This document shows, piece by piece, positions 20,235 to 29,662 of a stretch of DNA of 64,000 bases. The position numbers and the translations under genes are program-made. The stretch is from an uncultured Gammaproteobacteria bacterium (GTDB taxonomy: Bacteria; Patescibacteriota; Microgenomatia; Levybacterales; GWA1-39-11), in the NCBI GenBank assembly GCA_964651815.1, contig CAZYWG010000008.1:4824-68823 (forward strand), given 5' to 3'. The notes below the pieces were generated by a model. It was not told where the DNA came from, made no database searches, and was given only the letters and a program-made list of their open reading frames with translations. How positions within the stretch are numbered: position 1 is the stretch's first letter; each line of letters starts with the position of its first letter.

Positions 20235-21521
20235 TTATTTAGGCAAGAACGTTTTTATGAGTTTTTGTATAGATGAAAAAATGCCTTTCCCAAATCCCAT
20301 ATTGAGGGGTTTGAGAATTCCACCCATAAAATTTGAAGATTCAACACTTTTGAAATTTCCGGCGTAAAATAGAAGGCCAATTGAGGTAGCAAAAGACGGA
20401 TTTTCTACGTCATCTATTAACCCTGTTATTCCTTTGGGGACACCAATTCTTACAGGCATTGAAAGCATACGCTTTGCGCTCTCTTCAACGCCAGCCGTTT
20501 TAGCGCCTCCACCGGTTACGACAATTCCTGCCGGCGTCTGTGTAGCAAACCCACTTTTTTTGAGTTCTATCCCTATCATTGTAAAAAGTTCGTTAAGTCT
20601 TGGCTTTATAATTCCGTCAACCAAAGTCTTATTTGAAACTTTTTTAAGTTCTTCTGTCAAATGAAGGCTTGAAAGGTCTAATTCGTCCCCTCCCTCTTCT
20701 TCTGGCGTTAGTGAGCCTTTTCTCTTACCAAAGTGGCGTGACAAATATAATTTGATTTTCTCGGCCGATTCAAGAGAAATTCTAAGCCCTATTGCCAAAT
20801 CATTTGTTATATGGCGCGCGCCTATTGGAATTACACTAGAATATGAAAGAGCCCCGTCAACATAAATACAAATATTTGTAATTCCGGCCCCTATATCAAC
20901 CAAAATTACACCAAGCTCTTTTTCTGTATCCGTCAAGACAGAGAGTGATGAAGCAAGGCCTGAAAAAACAACCGCAGCGACACTAACACCCGCTTCTTGC
21001 TCCAAAACCCTTTGGACATTTTTTACGGAAACGGAATTGGCAGTAATAATATGTGTGTCGACTTCGAGCCTCACACCTGTCATACCAACCGGGTCTTTAA
21101 TTCCACCCTCTCCGTCAACAGTGAAAGTTTTGGGTAAAACGTGGAGAATTGTTGTAGTTGATGGTGTTGAAACTGCACCCGCTGCCTCTAACACCCGGTC
21201 AACGTCAGCAGGTTGAATTTCACCATTTGGCGTTGAAATTGCCACTATCCCTTTTGAATTTTGGCTCATTATGTGGACGCCTGAGAGTGAAACAAAAACG
21301 TGGTCTACCGAATATCCGGCCATTCTTTCCGCAGCGTCAAGTGCTGCATTAATTGACGATGCTGCTTCTTCTATATCAACTATCTGCCCGCGTCTTATTC
21401 CGCGTGACGGAATCTCCGAAACACCTAAAACATTTGTCGCCTCTTCGTTTGCCTGGCCTATCACGGCCGAAATTTTTGAAGAGCCAATATCTATACCTAC
21501 GACGATTTGAGAATCCCGCAT
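20235..21521 (-). CDS. ftsA: cell division protein FtsA
   Basis: Actin-like ATPase N-terminus VVGIDIGSSKISAVIG, 428 aa, positioned after the ftsQ-like gene. Confidence 0.9.
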   Translation of the reverse strand: MRDSQIVVGIDIGSSKISAVIGQANEEATNVLGVSEIPSRGIRRGQIVDIEEAASSINAALDAAERMAGYSVDHVFVSLSGVHIMSQNSKGIVAISTPNGEIQPADVDRVLEAAGAVSTPSTTTILHVLPKTFTVDGEGGIKDPVGMTGVRLEVDTHIITANSVSVKNVQRVLEQEAGVSVAAVVFSGLASSLSVLTDTEKELGVILVDIGAGITNICIYVDGALSYSSVIPIGARHITNDLAIGLRISLESAEKIKLYLSRHFGKRKGSLTPEEEGGDELDLSSLHLTEELKKVSNKTLVDGIIKPRLNELFTMIGIELKKSGFATQTPAGIVVTGGGAKTAGVEESAKRMLSMPVRIGVPKGITGLIDDVENPSFATSIGLLFYAGNFKSVESSNFMGGILKPLNMGFGKGIFSSIQKLIKTFLPK

Positions 21522-21533
21522 ACGTTAATGGTA

Positions 21534-21971
21534 TTATAGCCCGGCAAATTTTACAATAGGCCGGCTTCCCCGAAGGTCTACAAATGTAACCTTCTTGTTA
21601 TCTATTGTAAAGCGGGCGAGAATAAGTTGTAAAGTGGATACCTGATACCCCGAATCCAAATTCTTTGAAAAATAGACTAAAGGACCATCTTTTATTTTAA
21701 TAACAATTGAGCCCGAAACCGAAGCGTCATTTACTGAATCAAGAATTATGTCGTGGTCCGCAAGCTTATTAATAATGTCATTTGCAGAGATTTGCTCGGC
21801 AATTGGTTTTATTATTTTCCCGTCCGGCCCGGTTGAGTGAGTATTTGAAATTAATGGCAATAGAAATCGTACTCCAAAAAATATGAAAATGATTAGAAGA
21901 ACTCCAAAAATCCCATAAAATAAAAGGCGGGCGAGATTACTTGCGCGGCGTTTAACTATTCTTTTTACCAT
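21534..21971 (-). CDS. short FtsQ/DivIB-like bitopic protein
   Basis: 145 aa with N-terminal TM anchor then a small beta-rich domain, occupying the ftsQ slot between murG and ftsA. Overlaps the murG stop by 20 nt. Assignment by position and topology only. Confidence 0.4.
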   Translation of the reverse strand: MVKRIVKRRASNLARLLFYGIFGVLLIIFIFFGVRFLLPLISNTHSTGPDGKIIKPIAEQISANDIINKLADHDIILDSVNDASVSGSIVIKIKDGPLVYFSKNLDSGYQVSTLQLILARFTIDNKKVTFVDLRGSRPIVKFAGL

Positions 21972-23079
21972 CTTCTTCTATTATGTTCACTATACGTTTT
22001 GCAGCGTCGGGAACAAAGTAATTTTCAGACCTAAGCATGTTAGAAATATATTTTTTTTCATTTGTAAACATCTCTTGAATTTTTTTAATTAAAGCATCCG
22101 GCGCAGCATCTTGTTCTTCTAAATATTCACTTATCCCAAGTCCTTTCAGAAATTTTGCGTTTGCCAATTGCTCGCTCGTTTGCCCGTGCGGAAGCGGAAT
22201 TAATAGGCTCATCTTTTTCTTTGCAATAATTTCAAGGATAGTGTTTGCTCCCGCGCGCGAAATAATAAGATCAGCGTGCTCAAAAACAAACCCTATTTCA
22301 TCAGGATATATGAATTTTTTCAAGACGTATTTTTGCTTTTTATCATTTTCAAGTTTGTTACGAAGTTTATTTAGTTCCTCAAAATCGTTATATTTTGAGC
22401 TTTCACCAGTTTGATGTACAACTATAAACTTTTCAAGAAGTGTATCTATAATTTTCTTCATTTGAGAATTTATAAAATGTGAACCCGTGCTTCCCCCTGT
22501 TACATAAATTATTTTTGCTTTGCCTGTTGGGAATGTTTTTGCAATTTCAGAATTTTTATTAATTTCAAAAATTTCCGACCTGACCGGATTACCTGTAAAC
22601 TCAATTTTGTCATTTGGAAAAGAGTTTTCTGAAGTTTTAAACGAAATACAAATTTTTCTGGCAACTTTTCCTATTAAACGCGCGGCAAGCCCCGCGCCTT
22701 GCGTTTGCTCATGCAAAATGACAGGTACTCCAAGAGTTGATGCGGCATATGAAATAGGGAGCCCAATATAACCACCAAATGTCATAACAACATCAGGCTG
22801 CGCACGCTTAACTAGCATGAGCGCTTGAACAAAACCAAGTGGCGTCTTAAGAAGCGAGGAGATAGTATATGACCCGAATTTTCTTTGGAAACGGCCCGCC
22901 TTTATTTCAAAAAATTGTAGATTTTCTTTTTTACAAATTGCATATTCAAGAGACAAGCTTGAATCTCCCTCAAATGGGTGAGCCCGCCCTGCAATTGCAA
23001 CTACATGTCCTCGCTTTTTAAGTTCTGAAATTATGCTGTAAGCCGGAGAAAAATGCCCTCCTGTAATTAATATTTTCAT
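21952..23079 (-). CDS. murG: MurG undecaprenyl-PP-MurNAc-pentapeptide GlcNAc transferase
   Basis: MKILITGGHFSPAYSI N-terminus, GT28 C-terminal region, 375 aa. Confidence 0.9.
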   Translation of the reverse strand: MKILITGGHFSPAYSIISELKKRGHVVAIAGRAHPFEGDSSLSLEYAICKKENLQFFEIKAGRFQRKFGSYTISSLLKTPLGFVQALMLVKRAQPDVVMTFGGYIGLPISYAASTLGVPVILHEQTQGAGLAARLIGKVARKICISFKTSENSFPNDKIEFTGNPVRSEIFEINKNSEIAKTFPTGKAKIIYVTGGSTGSHFINSQMKKIIDTLLEKFIVVHQTGESSKYNDFEELNKLRNKLENDKKQKYVLKKFIYPDEIGFVFEHADLIISRAGANTILEIIAKKKMSLLIPLPHGQTSEQLANAKFLKGLGISEYLEEQDAAPDALIKKIQEMFTNEKKYISNMLRSENYFVPDAAKRIVNIIEEDGKKNS

Positions 23080-23081
23080 GT

Positions 23082-24218
23082 TTATCTAAATCCAAATCTT
23101 ACTTTGCGACCTAAAACTTTCTTACTTCTTAATTCTTGCGTCTTATGTCCTTTTGCAAACCTTGCAATGTTTAATAAAATTCCAATTGAAACAAGGTTGA
23201 TAATTAATGATGATCCACCATAAGAAATAAACGGAAGCGGGACTCCAGTCAAAGGGATTACAACAGCTTGCGACGCAAGATTAACAAAAGCTTGAATAGC
23301 TATAAACGTGATGATTCCGGCGCCTAAAAGTTTTCCAAACAAGTCCGGTGCGTTGATTGAAATTATAAATCCAAGAATTACAAATGCTCCAAAAATAAAT
23401 ATTAAAATTGTTGATCCAATAAATCCCGCTTCTTCTGCAAAAATTGCAAAAATAGAGTCTGTTGTATTTTCAGGTAAATATCCATATTTTTGGATTGAAT
23501 TACCAAAGCCCACCCCGGTCAAGCCTCCTGATCCAAGAGAAATTAAAATTTGCTTTACTTGATAAGACGTCCCTGTCAAATTTTTAGTATTAAAATTCTG
23601 GTAGGACGCAAATCTCGCAACACGGTAAGGCTCAAGCATAATAAGTCCAAACACGCCAATAAAAAGAGCAGCAACAATTAACACAAGGTCCCGGACCGGC
23701 GCGCCCGATAAAAAATAAACAATAGTTGCAGTCCCCGCAATAATAACAGCCGTCCCCATGTCAGGCTCAACTATTACAAGTAAAACTGAAAGCGCAAGAA
23801 GCATCATGAAAGCCATAAATCTACCTTTCTCTTTGTTTGAAAGCCAAGCCGCCAAATACATAGCTAGAGAAATTTTGAGAATTTCTGACGGCTGAACTAC
23901 AGTAAAACCAAAATTGAGCCATCGGTGTGCACCTTTAAGAGAAAGCCCAATTCCCGGAAAAAAGACCAAAACAAGCGCCGCTAAAGAAACAACAAGAATA
24001 GGGACGGCCGCTTTATAGTAAATCTTGTAATTAATTTTGGAAATGATGATGCATGCAATTGTCCCGAGAATAAACCAAATTGCCTGGTTTTTAACAAAAT
24101 AATATTTGTCGGAAAGTGAAAGCAGCGCCGAATATGTAGAACTCTCATATAAAATGAAAATTCCAAAAAGGGAGAGAAAAATTGTGGTCAAAAAAAGAAA
24201 AATGCCGGGCTTACTCAT
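23082..24218 (-). CDS. ftsW: SEDS family peptidoglycan glycosyltransferase FtsW
   Basis: 378 aa polytopic, with FtsW/RodA-type conserved segments (PSE..K, GGSS.I). 3 nt from murG. Confidence 0.9.
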   Translation of the reverse strand: MSKPGIFLFLTTIFLSLFGIFILYESSTYSALLSLSDKYYFVKNQAIWFILGTIACIIISKINYKIYYKAAVPILVVSLAALVLVFFPGIGLSLKGAHRWLNFGFTVVQPSEILKISLAMYLAAWLSNKEKGRFMAFMMLLALSVLLVIVEPDMGTAVIIAGTATIVYFLSGAPVRDLVLIVAALFIGVFGLIMLEPYRVARFASYQNFNTKNLTGTSYQVKQILISLGSGGLTGVGFGNSIQKYGYLPENTTDSIFAIFAEEAGFIGSTILIFIFGAFVILGFIISINAPDLFGKLLGAGIITFIAIQAFVNLASQAVVIPLTGVPLPFISYGGSSLIINLVSIGILLNIARFAKGHKTQELRSKKVLGRKVRFGFR

Positions 24219-24275
24219 GATTTTTATGAAGGTAATTGCTTCCTGAATATATTCTACTAAAAAGAAAGGGGCATG

Positions 24276-25283
24276 TCACTTTAAAAAGGCTATGTAGAGA
24301 CCAAAAATTGCAAAAATTACGCCAAAGAGCCATGCACGCATAACAACTTTAGGCTCTTCCCATCCCTTTTTTATAAAATAAACGTGTAATGGCGCTGCGG
24401 CAAAAATTCTCCTGTTAAAAAACTTCCTTGATATAATCTGAATAAGGGACGACCCTATCTCGATGACAAAAACGCCACCAATTATTGCTACTGAAATTGG
24501 TTTACCTGTCAAAAGCCCTATAACTGCTAAAACTGCTCCTAAGGAGAGCGTGCCTACATCTCCAACCCAAAGTCTTGCTTTATAAATATTAAAGTATAAA
24601 AAAGCAACCGCGCTTCCAAGAAGTGTGGCGATAAAAAGTGACAAAAAACTATCAAGTGTTGACCCTGATATTGCAAGAAAAGCAACTAAACAAATAACCA
24701 TGAGCCCAACGGACAGGCCATCCAAACCATCTGAAATGTTAACTGCGTTGGTAAAAGAAACTATTGTGAATGCCGCAAAAAGAATATAGAAAATTCCCAA
24801 ATGAAGCTGGCCAAACCAATGCACAAAAACAAAAGAATATCCAAGTTGAAAATACATAACAGAGCCCACAATGAGCGCTAAAATACATTGAATAATTAGT
24901 TTATGTGAAAACCTAAGTCCAAAAATGCCTTCTCTTGTGTTAAATATCTTCCTTACATCATCATAAAAACCCAAAATTCCAAAACCTATAAAGGTGAAAA
25001 GGAGCGTAAAAAGCTCCCAGAAAGTGACTTTAACATGCAAAAGACCATATGTCCAAAGAGTAAGAATAGTAACTACAAAAATAATTAAAACTCCACCACC
25101 AATTGGTGTACCTATCTTCCAAGAAGAAAGTTTGTCAAAGAGTCTCTCTTTTTGATTTAGAATATCACGGTGTTTGTGGTGCGTTTTCTGAAGCTTCATT
25201 TTGTATAAAAAATCTATGAAAGGCACGAGAAGAATAGCCGTGATCACGAGCGATAAAATTGAAAATCCAAAAACTTGATCCAT
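24276..25283 (-). CDS. mraY: phospho-N-acetylmuramoyl-pentapeptide transferase MraY
   Basis: 335 aa polytopic protein with MraY-type loops (NAVNISDGLDGL). Confidence 0.9.
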   Translation of the reverse strand: MDQVFGFSILSLVITAILLVPFIDFLYKMKLQKTHHKHRDILNQKERLFDKLSSWKIGTPIGGGVLIIFVVTILTLWTYGLLHVKVTFWELFTLLFTFIGFGILGFYDDVRKIFNTREGIFGLRFSHKLIIQCILALIVGSVMYFQLGYSFVFVHWFGQLHLGIFYILFAAFTIVSFTNAVNISDGLDGLSVGLMVICLVAFLAISGSTLDSFLSLFIATLLGSAVAFLYFNIYKARLWVGDVGTLSLGAVLAVIGLLTGKPISVAIIGGVFVIEIGSSLIQIISRKFFNRRIFAAAPLHVYFIKKGWEEPKVVMRAWLFGVIFAIFGLYIAFLK

Positions 25284-25370
25284 ATATTCTTCCCAGAGTT
25301 GAAATTTAACGCAATTGTTGTTAAAAGCTTCTTTTGGACTAGAAAGTATTATATTATAGCACCGTGAAAA

Positions 25371-26984
25371 CTAGGATTCAAAGATAGCTGACAAACCACT
25401 AGGCAAAGCATGAGAAGCCTGCTTACCCTCAAATATTACTACATCTTCTTTTTTACACTCGGTTTTAATGAAATTAATGATTTTGGCAGGGCTCAAAACC
25501 TTCACAGAACAAGACGCGTTGCCACTTTTTGCGCCTGACCTAATTGCTTCAAAATAATTTGAATTGGTAAGAATTAAGTAATCGCAGACTTGTGCAATAT
25601 CATTTCCAAGGGATTTGTGTACTAATGAGGCATTTTTGCCGAGCTCTACGAGTGGCTCAAGGATTAATATTTTCTTTCCTTTGTAAATTTTGATGTATGA
25701 AAGGACTTTTTGGACCGAGTTTATATTGGCATTATGCGTATCGTTAACAATCACTGTACCGTTTGACGCAAGCTTCGGCTCCATAGCATTTTTAAGAGGC
25801 CTGATTGATGCAATTGCTTTCCGAATGAGGGCGAAATCTATACCCATATATGTCCCTATGAAAATTGCCGGGAGTAAATTTTCAATATTTTGACGTCCCA
25901 AAAGCTTAACATCTGAAAAGCTATATTTACGGCCCAATACCAAAACGTCAAATGAAACTGAAAATTTTGATTCGCGAATATTGGTTGCGAGGATATTCAC
26001 ATAAGACGCGTTAAGTGTTCCATAGGCAAACTTTTTTTTCTTCGTATGGGCAAACAACTTTTGACTATAAACATTGTCTCCGTTAAAAATTCCGACACCA
26101 TCAGAAGCCAAAGAATTTATTGCCTCGCGTTTGGATTCGATAATTTTTTCGACACTCCCGAATCTGGAAAGTTTTTGCTCATTAATTCCGGTTAAAACAA
26201 TTATTTTGGGTGCAATAAGTCCGCACATTTGAACAATATCCGTTTTGTTATAATCATCAAGCTCAGCCACAAATATTTGCTTTTTTTGGTTAAGATCAGA
26301 AAGAATAGTTGTTGCAATTCCTGAAGCGCTACTAAATGAGGTTTTTGTTGCTAGAACATTATATTTTGAAGATAAAACCCGTGTTATAAACTCTTTTGTT
26401 GACCCTCGACCATAACTTCCAACTACTGCAATAGAGAGAAGTTTTTTATTTGTTCCAATTTTACGAAGCGCATGGTTAATTACAGCATCTTTTCTGAAAT
26501 CAAAAAAGGTGGCAAGAAGAAGAAGGGTAAATGCCAAAATTACCGGCATAATTTTTTCAATAAGGATAATCCACAAGAAGTGGTCTAAGGGCGCAAAAAT
26601 AAATAAAGCAAATTCTGCAAAAAAAGTTACAAAGAGTACCAAGAAGTTGGAAAAGTTAATTTTTGGCAGGGAAATTTCTTTTTCAAAGAAGTTTTTTAAA
26701 ATTCCGAGGAAAAGGAAAGCGTACAAAATAAAAACCGTTATGTGATAATATTCATCACTACCCTGCAAAAAAATTGTTATGAAATAAGAAAAAATAATTG
26801 CCCACTTAACAATGGCAATAGGTCCATATATTAATTTTCTTCCGCTTTTAGTTTCCTTTAGAAAAATAATGAATCTCCGCAAGCTATATTCATGGTCTTC
26901 CCAAAGTTTTACCCAAGAAATACTTTCTGCAATAATGCATATCCCAAATAAGACAGTGACTATTTGAAATAAAAGATCAAACAT
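25371..26984 (-). CDS. murF: Mur ligase (MurF-like) fused to an N-terminal polytopic membrane domain
   Basis: First about 170 aa are hydrophobic (4-5 TM). They are followed by a Mur-ligase central domain (AVVGSYGRGSTKEF P-loop variant) and C-terminal domain (NDTHNANINS). Occupies the murF slot upstream of mraY. Confidence 0.6.
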   Translation of the reverse strand: MFDLLFQIVTVLFGICIIAESISWVKLWEDHEYSLRRFIIFLKETKSGRKLIYGPIAIVKWAIIFSYFITIFLQGSDEYYHITVFILYAFLFLGILKNFFEKEISLPKINFSNFLVLFVTFFAEFALFIFAPLDHFLWIILIEKIMPVILAFTLLLLATFFDFRKDAVINHALRKIGTNKKLLSIAVVGSYGRGSTKEFITRVLSSKYNVLATKTSFSSASGIATTILSDLNQKKQIFVAELDDYNKTDIVQMCGLIAPKIIVLTGINEQKLSRFGSVEKIIESKREAINSLASDGVGIFNGDNVYSQKLFAHTKKKKFAYGTLNASYVNILATNIRESKFSVSFDVLVLGRKYSFSDVKLLGRQNIENLLPAIFIGTYMGIDFALIRKAIASIRPLKNAMEPKLASNGTVIVNDTHNANINSVQKVLSYIKIYKGKKILILEPLVELGKNASLVHKSLGNDIAQVCDYLILTNSNYFEAIRSGAKSGNASCSVKVLSPAKIINFIKTECKKEDVVIFEGKQASHALPSGLSAIFES

Positions 26985-27033
26985 AATAAATAAATGTGGG
27001 CAGAAAACGGGCAGTGCCTAAATCTCTTTTTTA

Positions 27034-28296
27034 TTAAGAAGCTGTTTTTTTCTTTTCAACAGTTTCCGCAAATTTTGTATAGTAGATTGTATCCGAATCG
27101 ATGTTTTTCATCACGACAGTTGAAGGACCGATGTTAACATTGTTCCCAATAATTACGCCCGGCATTGTTGAAACTCGCTCGCCTACCATGCAAAAAGATC
27201 CAATAATTGCCCCTAGCGATCGGCGTGCTGTATCAACCTTCTCACTTTTAACATTTGCGAGAACATTTTTACGGTCGAGCCTGACATTAGCTGTACCAAA
27301 TAAAGCGCCTATTTTAGTTCGTTGTCCTATAACAGAATCTCCAATAAACCCTGAATGAGTTGAAGATGCGTCCCCAATTAGCGAATTTTTAACCTCCATA
27401 TAAGCACCTATTTTTGCCCCTTCTTCTATATCCGAACCATCACGGATTAATGTGTTTGATCCAATAGATACATTTCGCCCAATATATGCCGGACCTTTTA
27501 TTGTAGCTCTTTCAGAAACCACTGCCCCTTCTTCTATTACAACATTACCCATAATTAACGCGTCTTTTGAAACAGTTGCTTTTTTAGAAATGCTCCTACT
27601 CAATTTTCCCAATATATAATTTTTGATGTCGAGTAATTCCCATGGGTATTTCAATGACAGTGCACCCGTATTAGAAATTGCCACACGAACATGTGCGCTC
27701 TTTGCTGCTGTATCAAGAGCTGTTTCAAAGCTGTAATGTTCGTGAGGCGTTTTTTTTAAAATTTTTATGAAATCTTGATTAAGAAAATATGTCCCGATAA
27801 TTCTTAAATTTGAAAGACCTTTTGTACTTTTTGGTTTTTCTACTACTCGTATTACGCGGTCCCCTTCAACTTTTAAATGTCCAAAGTGTTTTCCCTCAAC
27901 ATTGTTTGTGGCGAGTAAAATAATTTCGCTGTTTGTAAACCTTTTTTCATCAATTACTTTTTTTAACGTGTCAAATTCAACGTGTTGTGGGTTTACTAAA
28001 AAAAAATCCGACTTGATAAATTCCGAACATCTCAAGAGACCGTCTCCCATACCGGTAGGGGCGGGAATCACAGCATATGTTATTTTTACACCATGGCGTT
28101 TTCCGTTTCCCAGTATTTCTTTGAAATAATTCTCGCGTCCCGTAAGAAGAACAATATCATTTATTCCGCTTCGTTTTATTGCTCTTATTGTGTGCACAAT
28201 AATTGGCTCACCTGCAATTTTCACAAGTGATTTTGGGAAAGTATTCAAAGGAAAAAAGCGGCTCGACGCCCCTCCCGCTAAAATAACTGCTTGCAT
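27034..28296 (-). CDS. GlmU-like sugar-1-phosphate nucleotidyltransferase with C-terminal left-handed beta-helix
   Basis: VILAGGASSRFFP...K nucleotidyltransferase motif at the N-terminus. Hexapeptide-repeat rich C-terminal half. 420 aa. Confidence 0.6.
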   Translation of the reverse strand: MQAVILAGGASSRFFPLNTFPKSLVKIAGEPIIVHTIRAIKRSGINDIVLLTGRENYFKEILGNGKRHGVKITYAVIPAPTGMGDGLLRCSEFIKSDFFLVNPQHVEFDTLKKVIDEKRFTNSEIILLATNNVEGKHFGHLKVEGDRVIRVVEKPKSTKGLSNLRIIGTYFLNQDFIKILKKTPHEHYSFETALDTAAKSAHVRVAISNTGALSLKYPWELLDIKNYILGKLSRSISKKATVSKDALIMGNVVIEEGAVVSERATIKGPAYIGRNVSIGSNTLIRDGSDIEEGAKIGAYMEVKNSLIGDASSTHSGFIGDSVIGQRTKIGALFGTANVRLDRKNVLANVKSEKVDTARRSLGAIIGSFCMVGERVSTMPGVIIGNNVNIGPSTVVMKNIDSDTIYYTKFAETVEKKKTAS

Positions 28297-29630
28297 TAAT
28301 GCATCTCCTCCTCTTCAAGTTTTATTTCAGCGCCAAGAAGTGTAAGTCTTTTATCAAAAGCCTCATATCCACGCTCCAAATATTCAACACCGTAAATTAC
28401 GCTTTCCCCGCTTGCTATTAATGACCCAATTACTAAAGTGGCGCCAGCTCTTAAATCAGAGATATCAAGGACAGCGTTATGAAGAGGAGTTTTCCCGCGA
28501 ATTTTTAAAGCTTGTTTGTTTTCGCTATCTTCTTCTGAATAGTTAAAGTTATAAAATACCTTAGGGTTTTTAACTTTTGGTTGGTAGTATTTTAAATTTG
28601 CACCCATTTTAGAAAGCTCGTCTACATAACCGAATCTATTTTCATAAACTGTTTCATGAATTGTTGAAATGCTCTGCGCCTGAGTCATAAATATTGCCCA
28701 CGGACCTTGCCAATCTGTCATAAATCCGGGGTGAGGAGCGGTCACAATATCTGTTGGCTTGATCTCTTTTTTAATGTAAAACCTGGTTTTTGAATTTTTT
28801 GTTTCCCACGCTCCCCCTGCTTTTTCAAATTCTGTAAGAAACCCCTGTATATCAACTGTCCTTACATGATTAACAATAATATTTCCGCCTGTTAACGCCG
28901 ACAAAACTGCAAATGTTACAACTTCATTTCTGTCCGGCATGATGGTGTATGAAGTTCCATGAAGACTCGCCGTGCCTTCTATTACGATTTTGCGTGGTGA
29001 CTCCCTTTTTATTTTGGCACCCATTGAGACTAAAAGCATTATGAGGTCATCAACTTCAGGCTCTTCAGCTGCATTTTCAATTACGGTGCGCCCTTTTGCC
29101 AAAACGGCTGCTAACAGAAGCGATTCTGTGCCGGTATGGGAGTTTTTTGAGAATTTGTAAGTTGCGCCAGTTAAACCCGCGGTTTTAAGATGAAAATATC
29201 CGTCCTGACTGCTATAGGTAGATTCTGCCCCCATGGCTACTAAGCCCTCAATATGCCGGTCTATGGGACGTGCACCAATGCGGCACCCGCCGGGATTTGG
29301 AATAAGCGCTTCTCCACGCCTCGCCAAAAGAGGAGAGACAAACATTGAAGAAGTCCTTATTTTTGCACCCATTTCAAGCGGGATTTTTATATTATTTATT
29401 TCTTCAACTTTTATTTTCACCGTGTGCCCTGAGAGCGTGACTACTCCGCCGATTTCTTTAATGAGGTCAAGCATTATAAAAAAATCCGCGATTAACGGAA
29501 CATTCTTTATTTCAACGGTTTCTTTTGTAAGACAAGCCGCAACAATAGCCGGCAATACTACGTTTTTGGCGCCACTAACAGTCACTTCCCCCGAAAGTTT
29601 TTTTCCGCCTTTTATAATATATTTATTCAT
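28296..29630 (-). CDS. murA: UDP-N-acetylglucosamine 1-carboxyvinyltransferase MurA
   Basis: IKGGKKLSGEVTVSGAKNVVLPAIVAA N-terminus, 444 aa. Confidence 0.9.
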   Translation of the reverse strand: MNKYIIKGGKKLSGEVTVSGAKNVVLPAIVAACLTKETVEIKNVPLIADFFIMLDLIKEIGGVVTLSGHTVKIKVEEINNIKIPLEMGAKIRTSSMFVSPLLARRGEALIPNPGGCRIGARPIDRHIEGLVAMGAESTYSSQDGYFHLKTAGLTGATYKFSKNSHTGTESLLLAAVLAKGRTVIENAAEEPEVDDLIMLLVSMGAKIKRESPRKIVIEGTASLHGTSYTIMPDRNEVVTFAVLSALTGGNIIVNHVRTVDIQGFLTEFEKAGGAWETKNSKTRFYIKKEIKPTDIVTAPHPGFMTDWQGPWAIFMTQAQSISTIHETVYENRFGYVDELSKMGANLKYYQPKVKNPKVFYNFNYSEEDSENKQALKIRGKTPLHNAVLDISDLRAGATLVIGSLIASGESVIYGVEYLERGYEAFDKRLTLLGAEIKLEEEEMH

Positions 29631-29662
29631 GATTTGACTTGTGAATTATGACTAGTGTCAAG

